Assembly: GCA_963832745.1 (NCBI GenBank)
Contig: CAWHVC010000002.1
Span: forward strand, 256,001 to 320,000
From: Candidatus Bathyarchaeota archaeon
Lineage (GTDB): Archaea; Thermoproteota; Bathyarchaeia; Bathyarchaeales; Bathycorpusculaceae
Length of the DNA stretch: 64,000 nucleotides
Direction of reading: 5' to 3'
Shown: piece by piece, positions 19,645 through 28,211 of the stretch
Layout of the letters: each line of letters begins with the position of its first letter
Numbering within the stretch: the first letter of the stretch is position 1
The notes under the pieces: generated by a model
The model's database searches: none
What the model saw: the letters and a program-made list of their open reading frames with translations, nothing else
What the model was told of the DNA's origin: nothing
Position numbers and translations under genes: made by a program

Positions 19645-20142
19645 ATGCTAATCGGCTTAATCTCAGACACCCATGACAACCTTCCACAAATCGAAAAAGC
19701 CGTCAACTACCTCAACGCCATAAAAGTCGACTTAGTCCTGCATGCAGGCGACTACTGCGCGCCCTTCACACTTGCCAAATTCAAAGCTCTAAACTGCAAA
19801 CTTATCGGCGTATTTGGCAACAACGACGGCGACCATGAGCTGCTTAAAAAAAGGTTCAGCGAAACCCAAAACTGCGAAGCACACGGCAGATTTGCCCAAG
19901 TCAACATTGACGGCTATAAAATTGCCCTACTACACGGCGACGAGCCAGAACTGCTTTTCGCTTTAATCGGTAACCAATGCTTCAACGCAGTCGTGCATGG
20001 ACACTCCCACAACAAGGGCATTGAGCAGCGAGGAAAAACGCTAATCATTAACCCTGGTGAGCTTTGCGGGTACTTAACAGGCAAATCCACCCTTGCCCTG
20101 CTTGATACAAAGAAAAATGAAGCAAAAATAGTGGACCTCTAA
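19645..20142 (+). CDS. Metallophosphoesterase (YfcE/MJ0936 family)
   Basis: SDTHDN, HAGD, GNND, HG, GHSH, INPG. Confidence 0.92.
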   Translation: MLIGLISDTHDNLPQIEKAVNYLNAIKVDLVLHAGDYCAPFTLAKFKALNCKLIGVFGNNDGDHELLKKRFSETQNCEAHGRFAQVNIDGYKIALLHGDEPELLFALIGNQCFNAVVHGHSHNKGIEQRGKTLIINPGELCGYLTGKSTLALLDTKKNEAKIVDL

Positions 20143-20147
20143 AGCGT

Positions 20148-22055
20148 TTACTGTTTGACGCTTGGCTGCTGTTGCGAGATGCAGTGAAGTGTTCCAAAAC
20201 CATAAACCAAATATGAGCAGTCGATGCCGACAACTTTTCTGTCAGGGAACAGTTTCTGTAGTATCTCAAGCGCTTTGGCGTCGTTTTTGTGGTTGAAAAC
20301 TGGCATGAGCACTTTTGTGTTGCCTATGTAGAAGTTGGTATAGCTTGCGGGTAATCGGCAGTCGCATCCGGTGACGTTTCCGGGCATGGGCAGCTTGACA
20401 ATGCTGAGGTAGTTGCCGTCTTGGTCGGTTGCTTCCGTGAGAAGTTCATAGTTGGCGTTTAGTGCAGCATAGTTTTCATCTGTCTGGTCATCTTCGTAGG
20501 CACAGACTATTGTTGTAGGGTTTACAAATCGTGCGAGGTCGTCTATGTGTCCGTCGGTGTCGTCTCCGCAGATGCCGTTTTTGAGCCAGATGAAGTGGGT
20601 GATGCCGAGGTTGTCTTTTAGGTATTTTTCTATGTCTGTGCGGGTCATGTCGGGATTTCTGTTTGGGTTAAGCAGGCACTGCTCGGTAGTTAGAAGCGTG
20701 CCTTTGCCGTTAACGTCAATAGAACCGCCTTCCATAACAACGTGCGGCCTAAAACAGGGTAACTTTAGGGTCTTGTTGATTATTTGGGGGATGTCTTTGT
20801 CTTTTAGGAGGATATCGTATTTGTCGCCCCAAGTGTTGAAAATCCAGTTAACCATAGCAAGCTTTCTCTGGTCATTAATTACGAAGGTTGGTCCATAGTC
20901 ACGGAACCAAACGTCAGCGTATTCAAACATGAAGAAACTGATTTTGCCAAAATCAACATCAGCCTTCTCAAGCAGCCATGTGACTTTTTGTTTCATGTCT
21001 TCGTCTTTAACGAAGAGGTTGACGTTTTCGCTTGTGTGGATTTCTTTGATTATTTGGACGTAGGTTGCTTCTACTTTGTCGACGCAGTCTGGGAAGGTTA
21101 CGGGGTCGTGTGGCCAGCTTAACCAGATTGCGTCATGTTTTTCCCATTCTGCTGGCATGCGGTATCCCTGTTCAATAGGTGTCCCTAAGGAAAGAGGGTC
21201 GGTTAAAGGCTTGTAAGTGTCAGGTCGCCTGTTCTTTAGGAATCCCCACCCTTCACGAATCCGCTTGTTAAATGATAAGTCAACTTTGGCGATTACGGTT
21301 TCTTCTTTGTCGCCCGCTTCGGCAAGAATCTCCCCGAATGCGTTGCACACAAAGCTGCCTCCCCAAAATTCAAGTTCGTCTTCTTCTCCAACGCGGTTAA
21401 CTGCGGCTATGTGTACGCCGTTTGTGATGGCGTGTCCACGCTGAACAGTTTTCCAAGCGTCATGCCAGTCGCCGTCGGCTGAGGTGTGGTCTTTGATGTA
21501 GCCTATTGCAGTTGGGTAGAAGATGATGTCGGCGCCTTTTAGGGTGCAGATTCTTGCTGCTTCAGGGAACCATTGGTCATAGCAGATGAGTACGGCGATT
21601 TTTGCGTAGGCTATAGAATATATTTTGTAGCCTAAGTCGCCTAGTTCGAAATAGTTTTGTTCATAAAACAGGGGGTCTTGTGGGACATGGATTTTGTGGT
21701 AAGTGTCAAGTAGTGTTCCGTCTGCATCTATTACGACTGCAGAATTGTAGAATTTTCCGTCAAGGTTCCGCTCGAACAGGGGTATGATTATGACTATTTT
21801 GTATTTTTTGGCAAGTTCAGCAAAAGCGGCTGTAGATTCGCCGGGTATGGTTTCAGCGTATTTTTGGGCGTCTTGGCATTCTTCTTGTGGGAAGTAGCGA
21901 GTATGGTAAAGTTCTTGCAGACAAATGATTTGGGCGCCTTTTTGTGCGGCTTCCTCAACCCGTTGCAGGGTCTTCTGCAGATTTGCCGCCATATCTTCTG
22001 AAACCACGGTCTGAATTAGCCCAACTGTCACAATTTTCCCAGTTTTTGAGTTCAC
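20148..22055 (-). CDS. Fused N-carbamoylputrescine amidohydrolase (CN hydrolase) + agmatine deiminase
   Basis: N-half: LQEL, YHKIHVP, ICYDQWFPE; C-half: MPAEWE, WFRDYGP, EGGSIDVNG, DDTDGHIDD, GTLHCISQQQP. Confidence 0.92.
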   Translation of the reverse strand: MNSKTGKIVTVGLIQTVVSEDMAANLQKTLQRVEEAAQKGAQIICLQELYHTRYFPQEECQDAQKYAETIPGESTAAFAELAKKYKIVIIIPLFERNLDGKFYNSAVVIDADGTLLDTYHKIHVPQDPLFYEQNYFELGDLGYKIYSIAYAKIAVLICYDQWFPEAARICTLKGADIIFYPTAIGYIKDHTSADGDWHDAWKTVQRGHAITNGVHIAAVNRVGEEDELEFWGGSFVCNAFGEILAEAGDKEETVIAKVDLSFNKRIREGWGFLKNRRPDTYKPLTDPLSLGTPIEQGYRMPAEWEKHDAIWLSWPHDPVTFPDCVDKVEATYVQIIKEIHTSENVNLFVKDEDMKQKVTWLLEKADVDFGKISFFMFEYADVWFRDYGPTFVINDQRKLAMVNWIFNTWGDKYDILLKDKDIPQIINKTLKLPCFRPHVVMEGGSIDVNGKGTLLTTEQCLLNPNRNPDMTRTDIEKYLKDNLGITHFIWLKNGICGDDTDGHIDDLARFVNPTTIVCAYEDDQTDENYAALNANYELLTEATDQDGNYLSIVKLPMPGNVTGCDCRLPASYTNFYIGNTKVLMPVFNHKNDAKALEILQKLFPDRKVVGIDCSYLVYGFGTLHCISQQQPSVKQ

Positions 22056-22165
22056 TTCTGCTATTTTTTATTCCTGCCTTAATTTTCATCATATAATACT
22101 TTAGAGGGAAAAACCTTTCTGAAAATCAAAAACAAAATAACAGGTAAACGAGGCAAAAAAGAAAG

Positions 22166-23470
22166 TTATGGCTTCGCCCTGCTGGAGTGTTTTCTTTGGT
22201 AAATTATCAATCCAGCGATAACAGCTATTACTGGAATAGCAATCAGGGCAGCATACTCAATTGGAAATGCGGAGTCGGTGTTTGTTATGTTTGTTACTGA
22301 ATCGTCTTGGGTAGTGGTAAACTTGGCAAGCCACAAGTAATTACCAGACGAACCATTTGCTTGAGGATTAGTGAGAAAACGAACATTTAGCGTGCCTGAA
22401 ACTACAAAACTATTGTTGCTTGAAGGGGTAATTGATTTAAGTGCACTGCTTTGTCCATCAGTGGTTTCTCCATAATGGCAATCAGCAATTTTGTTGCCGA
22501 CATTGTCGAGTTTAACGATATATGATTGGTTGTTTTGCGCTCCAACGGCGATGTAGGCATTTGATATTTCGGTAACTGAATGAAAGATTGCAGGTTCGTA
22601 AAGTTGGTACCAGTTTATGTTTCCAGTTGAATCAGTCTTTAAAACAAGGCCATGATTGATGTTTCCACCAGCAAAGATAAAACCAGTATCAACTGTTTCA
22701 TAAATGTCAAGCAGCGGAACTGTAGATAATTCATTAACATGAATTGTTTTCCATAATTGCGTGTTCCCATCGCTGTCAGCTTTTACAAGTAATCCTTCGT
22801 TATCGCGTGAGCCGGCTATGGCATAATTGTGGTCGCTTGTTTCTATCAGGTTTGTAAAGAATATTTTTGATGAGTCTTCGCCAAAAGTTTTACTCCAAAC
22901 TATACTGCCGGTTTCGTCTAGCTTTATAAGAAAGCTGTCGTCGCCATTAAAGTTGTTTTGTTTACTACCAGTTACGATGAAGTTTCCGTCACTGTCTTGG
23001 ATAACACAAGGACCGTCTATAGCCAATGTTTTATTCCATTGAATTGAACCATCACTACCAGTTTTTAGTATGTAACTTTCAATAGTGACGCCAGTTTTTA
23101 GTATAACATTTGAGTTGGATTGAGAAGAAGAATATATAACACATGCCATAACAAAGCCGCCATCTACAGTTTGCGCCACAGACCGTACACCTACTAACCC
23201 CGATAGCTCAAAGGTTTTGCGCCATTCCATTTCGCCTAAAGAATTCGTTTTAACCAAGACAGGCGCTATTTGTGAGGATGGATACATTGTCAATGAAGCG
23301 TTACTTCCAACAATTGCATAACCGCCATCACTTGTGCTAATTGCATAACCACTCCAGCCAGAAAATGTTTTGCTCCATTGCATCTGAAAGGAGCCTTCAG
23401 CGTTAACTGTACAAATTGAGGCTAAGAAAAGTAAACAAACCAGAAGCAATAATGCGTTTTTTCTCTCCAT
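22166..23470 (-). CDS. Secreted repeat (beta-propeller-like) protein with C-terminal TM anchor
   Basis: Signal peptide; repeated (T)xDGG..I.G...L.KTD..G...W.KT units; TM + basic tail. Confidence 0.8.
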   Translation of the reverse strand: MERKNALLLLVCLLFLASICTVNAEGSFQMQWSKTFSGWSGYAISTSDGGYAIVGSNASLTMYPSSQIAPVLVKTNSLGEMEWRKTFELSGLVGVRSVAQTVDGGFVMACVIYSSSQSNSNVILKTGVTIESYILKTGSDGSIQWNKTLAIDGPCVIQDSDGNFIVTGSKQNNFNGDDSFLIKLDETGSIVWSKTFGEDSSKIFFTNLIETSDHNYAIAGSRDNEGLLVKADSDGNTQLWKTIHVNELSTVPLLDIYETVDTGFIFAGGNINHGLVLKTDSTGNINWYQLYEPAIFHSVTEISNAYIAVGAQNNQSYIVKLDNVGNKIADCHYGETTDGQSSALKSITPSSNNSFVVSGTLNVRFLTNPQANGSSGNYLWLAKFTTTQDDSVTNITNTDSAFPIEYAALIAIPVIAVIAGLIIYQRKHSSRAKP

Positions 23471-23668
23471 TTACATTACCCGGGCAGCAATTATATATCT
23501 TTTAAGCGTTTGATTAAATAGTTATTTCAATAAATAAGTTTTAAGACAAAAAAAGAAAAAAGGTCTTGACAAGCGGCAGTATTCTGCTAAAAAAGGTATA
23601 TTGATTTATTAGTCGTAGCATTCTAAACAGTAAAAGCAAGAATCAGACTTACAGGAGGTAGTTTAACG

Positions 23669-24850
23669 TTGATGTCTCATCAAAGTGTATTCAAAGACGA
23701 ATCAAAATTAGACATAAACTACCTTCCAACCCGCATGCCTCACAGAGACCGAGAACACCGCCTCTTAATGGAGTTCTTCAGTTTCCTAACCCGGTACCCT
23801 GACCGTATGGCACAACGTGTAATCGTCACCGGCGAAGTAGGAACTGGAAAAACCGCGCTATGCCAAAACTTCGGCAAAGACATCAGCATCGAAGTAGGTA
23901 AAAAAGGCATAAAATTCCGTTACATCCATGTTAACTGCCGCGAATACCGCGGAAATCTCGCTCCGATTCTACATCAAGCTGTCACCATGTTTCGACCAAA
24001 CTTTCCAGCACGCGGCTACTCAGCAGAAGAAATCCTCAAAACACTACTGCAAGTGCTCGAAGAAGAGCAGGCATTTATTATTTTAACACTTGACGAGTTT
24101 GACAGCCTCATCGAGAAGGAAGGCTCAGATGCCGTCTACAAGCTGACACGTTTGCAGGAGATGCAGGCAGGCAAGCCTCAGAGGATTTCGTTTATTTTTA
24201 TTCAGCGTGACCTTTCACCGCTTAAAGCCTTGGATGACAGCGCCCGAAGTACACTGCAACGCAACATCGTCAGCCTCGAAAGGTACAGCAAGGAACCGTT
24301 AACAGACATTCTTAGTGACCGTGTGAAATTGGCTTTTGAACTCTCGGCTGTTCCCGAAGACGTAGTTGGCTTAATCGCTGAACTAGCCGCTACAGAGACA
24401 GGAAACGCACGGTTCGGCATCGAACTGCTTTGGCGTTCCGGCAAGTATGCTGACGCCCAAGATTCCGAGCGAGTTGAACCAGAATTTGTACGGCAAGCAG
24501 TCTCAGCCATCATACCCACTGTTAAACGCAGTGAACTCAGCGGACTGGGCATGCACGAAAAAATGCTTCTGCTTGCAGTTGCCCGCTTCTTTAAAGAGAA
24601 CAAGGACGCTTTTGCCACACTCTCAGAGATTGAGGAGGCATACGGAGTCATCTGCGAAGAGTATGAGGAAACACCGTATAGTCACACCCAGCTTTGGAAG
24701 TACCTGCAACGTTTTGTGCAAATTGGACTTGTGAAAACTGAAGTAGGCGCTGCCTCTTCACGTGGGCGTTCAACCATGGTTTCTCTGCCAGCGGTTCCAG
24801 CAGCTGAACTTGAACACGAGTTGTCTACTTTGCTTGCGATGGAGCGGTGA
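23669..24850 (+). CDS. cdc6: Orc1/Cdc6 replication initiator
   Basis: GEVGTGKT Walker A, HVNC, LDEFD Walker B, GNAR sensor 2, C-terminal wHTH. Confidence 0.92.
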   Translation: MMSHQSVFKDESKLDINYLPTRMPHRDREHRLLMEFFSFLTRYPDRMAQRVIVTGEVGTGKTALCQNFGKDISIEVGKKGIKFRYIHVNCREYRGNLAPILHQAVTMFRPNFPARGYSAEEILKTLLQVLEEEQAFIILTLDEFDSLIEKEGSDAVYKLTRLQEMQAGKPQRISFIFIQRDLSPLKALDDSARSTLQRNIVSLERYSKEPLTDILSDRVKLAFELSAVPEDVVGLIAELAATETGNARFGIELLWRSGKYADAQDSERVEPEFVRQAVSAIIPTVKRSELSGLGMHEKMLLLAVARFFKENKDAFATLSEIEEAYGVICEEYEETPYSHTQLWKYLQRFVQIGLVKTEVGAASSRGRSTMVSLPAVPAAELEHELSTLLAMER

Positions 24851-25125
24851 TTGAGATGGAGCTTGAAGAAGTTTTCTCATCTAAACCCCGCATGAAAATC
24901 CTAAAACTGCTTGACAAGCTCGGGCAGCTTAACGTTTCGGACATTGCTCGGCGAATAAAAATGAATTATACTGTTACTGACGAGCACTTGCGGCTTTTGG
25001 AGTCTGAGGGCATCTTGAAACAGTACACTTATGGCCGAATCCGGTTGTACAGTTTTAATTTAGCTTCTGAAAAGGCGAAAGCTGTGCAAAACCTAATACA
25101 AGTGTGGGAACAAAATAAACAGTAG
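24847..25125 (+). CDS. ArsR-like wHTH regulator
   Basis: EVFSSKPRMKIL...LNVSDIARR...HLRLLE..GIL. Confidence 0.8.
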   Translation: MIEMELEEVFSSKPRMKILKLLDKLGQLNVSDIARRIKMNYTVTDEHLRLLESEGILKQYTYGRIRLYSFNLASEKAKAVQNLIQVWEQNKQ

Positions 25126-25136
25126 AGGAACCATTT

Positions 25137-25574
25137 ATGGCAATGATTGATGTTTCTGGAAAAGCTGAAGTTTTACGAGAAGCCACCGCTTCAGGCACAA
25201 TCCATCTTAAACCTGAAACCATAAAACGCATCCAAGAAGCAAAAATCGCTAAAGGCGACCCCCTGTACACTGCAAAAATCGCCGCAATCTTGGCAGCAAA
25301 AAAAACCAGCGAGCTAATTCCACTTTGTCACCCGTTGCCTTTGACTAACGTGGAGGTTTACCCAAAAGTTCTCAACGAAACAACTGTAGAAGTCACTGCA
25401 ACGGTTAAAACTCGTGCACAGACGGGCGTGGAAATGGAAGCACTCACGGCGGTGTCGATGGGTTTGTTGACGGTTTGGGACATGACTAAACAATACGAAA
25501 AAGACGTCAACGGGCAGTATCCTTCAACTGCAATTCAAGATATTCATGTTATCCGCAAGTTTAAGCAGGTTTAA
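25137..25574 (+). CDS. moaC: Cyclic pyranopterin monophosphate synthase
   Basis: MIDVSGK, AKGD, LIPLCHPL, TGVEMEAL. Confidence 0.95.
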   Translation: MAMIDVSGKAEVLREATASGTIHLKPETIKRIQEAKIAKGDPLYTAKIAAILAAKKTSELIPLCHPLPLTNVEVYPKVLNETTVEVTATVKTRAQTGVEMEALTAVSMGLLTVWDMTKQYEKDVNGQYPSTAIQDIHVIRKFKQV

Positions 25575-25577
25575 CTT

Positions 25578-26114
25578 ATGAGTGAAACTTCAAAACAGCA
25601 CAAAGAACATGCACCAAAAAAACTCAACTTTGCAATCTACACATGCAGCACCTCACGTTATCACCAATTTGAAAAGGGCGAAAACGTCACTGACCTTGGC
25701 GGTGACACTATCCAAAACCTTGTCCAGTCGGCTGGGCACCTCGTGTTGCGTAAAAAAATTATTTTAGATGACACGGTAATGATTGCTAAAGCTTTTGATG
25801 AATGTTTAACTTCTAAAGACTTGGATGTTGCCATTTTTTCTGGCGGCACCGGAATCACACCCACAGACGTAACGATTGAAGCTGTTTCGCCGTTACTGGA
25901 GAAGATTTTGCCGGGTTTTGGCGAGTTTTTTAGACGCATTAGTTTTGACGAGGTTGGTCCAGCGGCGGTGTTATCTCGCGCAGTTGCAGGCGTCGCGGGA
26001 GGTAAAGCGTTTTTCTGCATTCCAGGTTCTCCAAACGCTGTGAAGACTGCGGTGGAAAAACTTATTTTGCCCGAGTCGCCTCACATCGTTAAACATGCAC
26101 GTGAACAGCGATGA
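25578..26114 (+). CDS. moaB: Molybdopterin adenylyltransferase (MogA/MoaB)
   Basis: SGGTGITPTDVT, PGFGE, SRAVAG, PGSP. Confidence 0.92.
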   Translation: MSETSKQHKEHAPKKLNFAIYTCSTSRYHQFEKGENVTDLGGDTIQNLVQSAGHLVLRKKIILDDTVMIAKAFDECLTSKDLDVAIFSGGTGITPTDVTIEAVSPLLEKILPGFGEFFRRISFDEVGPAAVLSRAVAGVAGGKAFFCIPGSPNAVKTAVEKLILPESPHIVKHAREQR

Positions 26115-27043
26115 ATTTAGTCGACAACTGCGGCAGACCCCTTCTTAATTTAAGAATTTCAGTTACACAACGATGCAATTATCACTGTACATACTGTCAC
26201 AAGGAAGGCGAAGTTGAACGTGCAAACAGCGCTGCAGAAATACTAACTCTGCAAGAAATTGTGCGTATAGCCAAAACCGCAATCGACTTGGGTATATCAC
26301 GGATTAAGCTTACAGGCGGCGAACCCTTAATGCGCAGTGACATCTGCCAAATTGTTGCGGGTATCTCTGGCATTCCGGGACTGCGGGACCTTTCGTTAAC
26401 CACGAACGGTTTAATGCTGGCGGACATGGCTAAAGAATTGCACGCCTCCGGTTTAGGTAGAATAAATATTAGTTTAGCCTCGCTTAACCCTGAAACATAC
26501 GTTAAACTTACCGGCGGCAATCTTGACAAGGCACTATCTGGCGTTAAAGCCGCTGTTGAAGCTGGATTTAACCCCGTCAAGCTTAACATGGTTATTCTCA
26601 AAGGCGTTAACGTGCATGATGTCGCAGACATGATTGCATACGCAAAAAAAATGGGCGTAATCCTGCAGCTTATCGAGCTTGACCCCGTAAACGTCAGCCA
26701 CAATTACTATTCACGGCATCATCGTGGTCTTGAAGATCAGGAAGAAATGCTTCGTCAAAAAGCCGTTGAAGTTGAGCAGCGCCGCTTTATGCATAACCGC
26801 TTAATCTATCACTTGCCAAACGTGACAGTTGAAGTTGTTCATCCGATTGAAAACACGGATTTCTGCATGCACTGCACAAGGCTACGTGTTACCAGCGACG
26901 GGAAACTCAAGCCGTGCCTGATGAGAAACGACAACCTTACTGATATTCTAACGCCTATGCGGCAAGGAGTCAGCGATGAGGACCTCAAAAAATTATTCAT
27001 TCGAGCTAACCGGTTGCGGGAACCCTACAACAAATGTGTTTAA
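26111..27043 (+). CDS. moaA: GTP 3',8-cyclase
   Basis: LRISVTQRCNYHCTYCHKEG, TGGEP, FCMHCTRLRVTSDGKLKPCL. Confidence 0.95.
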   Translation: MNLVDNCGRPLLNLRISVTQRCNYHCTYCHKEGEVERANSAAEILTLQEIVRIAKTAIDLGISRIKLTGGEPLMRSDICQIVAGISGIPGLRDLSLTTNGLMLADMAKELHASGLGRINISLASLNPETYVKLTGGNLDKALSGVKAAVEAGFNPVKLNMVILKGVNVHDVADMIAYAKKMGVILQLIELDPVNVSHNYYSRHHRGLEDQEEMLRQKAVEVEQRRFMHNRLIYHLPNVTVEVVHPIENTDFCMHCTRLRVTSDGKLKPCLMRNDNLTDILTPMRQGVSDEDLKKLFIRANRLREPYNKCV

Positions 27044-27121
27044 CCATTTTTAGGGGGTGTAAAAGTGCCTTTCAATTTGAAAGGCTTATTGGGGTTAAAA
27101 AGAAAACTGGAAAGTTTGGGT

Positions 27122-27190
27122 TTATTTCTTTCCGGTTTTTTCTGCGTGTTTTGCTTTCTTTGCTTTGTTTTTCTTTTCTAATGATGGCAC
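27122..27190 (-). CDS. Possible 22-aa Lys-rich small protein
   Basis: AGGTGA RBS 5 nt before GTG; MPSLEKKNKAKKAKHAEKTGKK*. Confidence 0.45.
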   Translation of the reverse strand: MPSLEKKNKAKKAKHAEKTGKK

Positions 27191-27582
27191 AATTTTCACC
27201 TGACGTTTAAGGTTTTTAAGTTAATAAGCCCCCTAAAAACCTGCCTATCCAAAAAAAGAGGAAAAACAGTTTTTGGTTCTTGAAAATAGGGCAGAAAAGC
27301 GGAGTATGCTCATTTTATCGGCATGTTTGGCGTCTGTTAGGGCTCTGCTTCAGGTTTATTGCTGAAACTATGGAGGCGTAGTCTGTGTTTGCAGTGTTGA
27401 TGGTTCAAAAAGCAGTGTCTTGAATTTGTTCTAGAAAAATGGTTGATTGTTGAGAGATTCGGGCAGATTTTCGTCAACCGCTCGCTTTAAGTGGATTATG
27501 ATGGGAAAACTAAAGTTCCGTAGCCCTTTTTGCCATAAAAACGTTTTTAAATCAATACTGCACTCACTAAATCCGACATTAA

Positions 27583-28152
27583 ATGATACCAAAATACTTC
27601 TTTCTAACAAAAGGAGTTGGCAAACACAAAGAACAACTCCAATCATTCGAATTAGCCCTACGAGATGCAGGGATTCAAATGTGCAACCTAGTCGCAGTAT
27701 CAAGCATTGTTCCACCCGGATGTGAACTGCTAACTAAAGAAAAAGGCTTAAAAATGATTCACCCCGGCGAAATCACCTTCGTTGTCATCGCACGCAATGC
27801 AACCAACGAGCCACACCGCCAAGTCGCATCATCAGTCGGCGTAGCTATCCCCTCAGGCAAAAACCAGTACGGCTACCTCAGTGAACATCACAGTTTCGGA
27901 GAAACAGATGAAACCGCAGGCAACTATGCAGAAGACTTAGCTGCAACAATGCTTGCAACCACCATGGGCATCCAGTTTGATCCAGAAACCGCTTGGGATG
28001 AACGCAAACAACTTTTCAAAACTACTGGTTTAATCATTAAAACATCAAACAGTACTCAGTCAGCGGCAGGCGACAAGAACGGGCTCTGGACAACAACCGT
28101 TGCAGCTGCAGTCTTTGTCCCACCAGAAAACGGCGAACCAACAAAGGAATAA
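27583..28152 (+). CDS. pdaD: Pyruvoyl-dependent arginine decarboxylase
   Basis: [23 protein letters not shown] self-cleavage motif, [16 protein letters not shown]. Confidence 0.93.
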   Translation: MIPKYFFLTKGVGKHKEQLQSFELALRDAGIQMCNLVAVSSIVPPGCELLTKEKGLKMIHPGEITFVVIARNATNEPHRQVASSVGVAIPSGKNQYGYLSEHHSFGETDETAGNYAEDLAATMLATTMGIQFDPETAWDERKQLFKTTGLIIKTSNSTQSAAGDKNGLWTTTVAAAVFVPPENGEPTKE

Positions 28153-28211
28153 AAAATTGCCAGCAAGTTTTTTCACACTTGCTTTCCTTTAACTTTTTGG
28201 CGCTTTTTGCT

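Noticed and set aside
23471-23668. Replication origin upstream of cdc6
   Set aside because: AT-rich, but no repeated ORB/mini-ORB boxes or G-strings are visible
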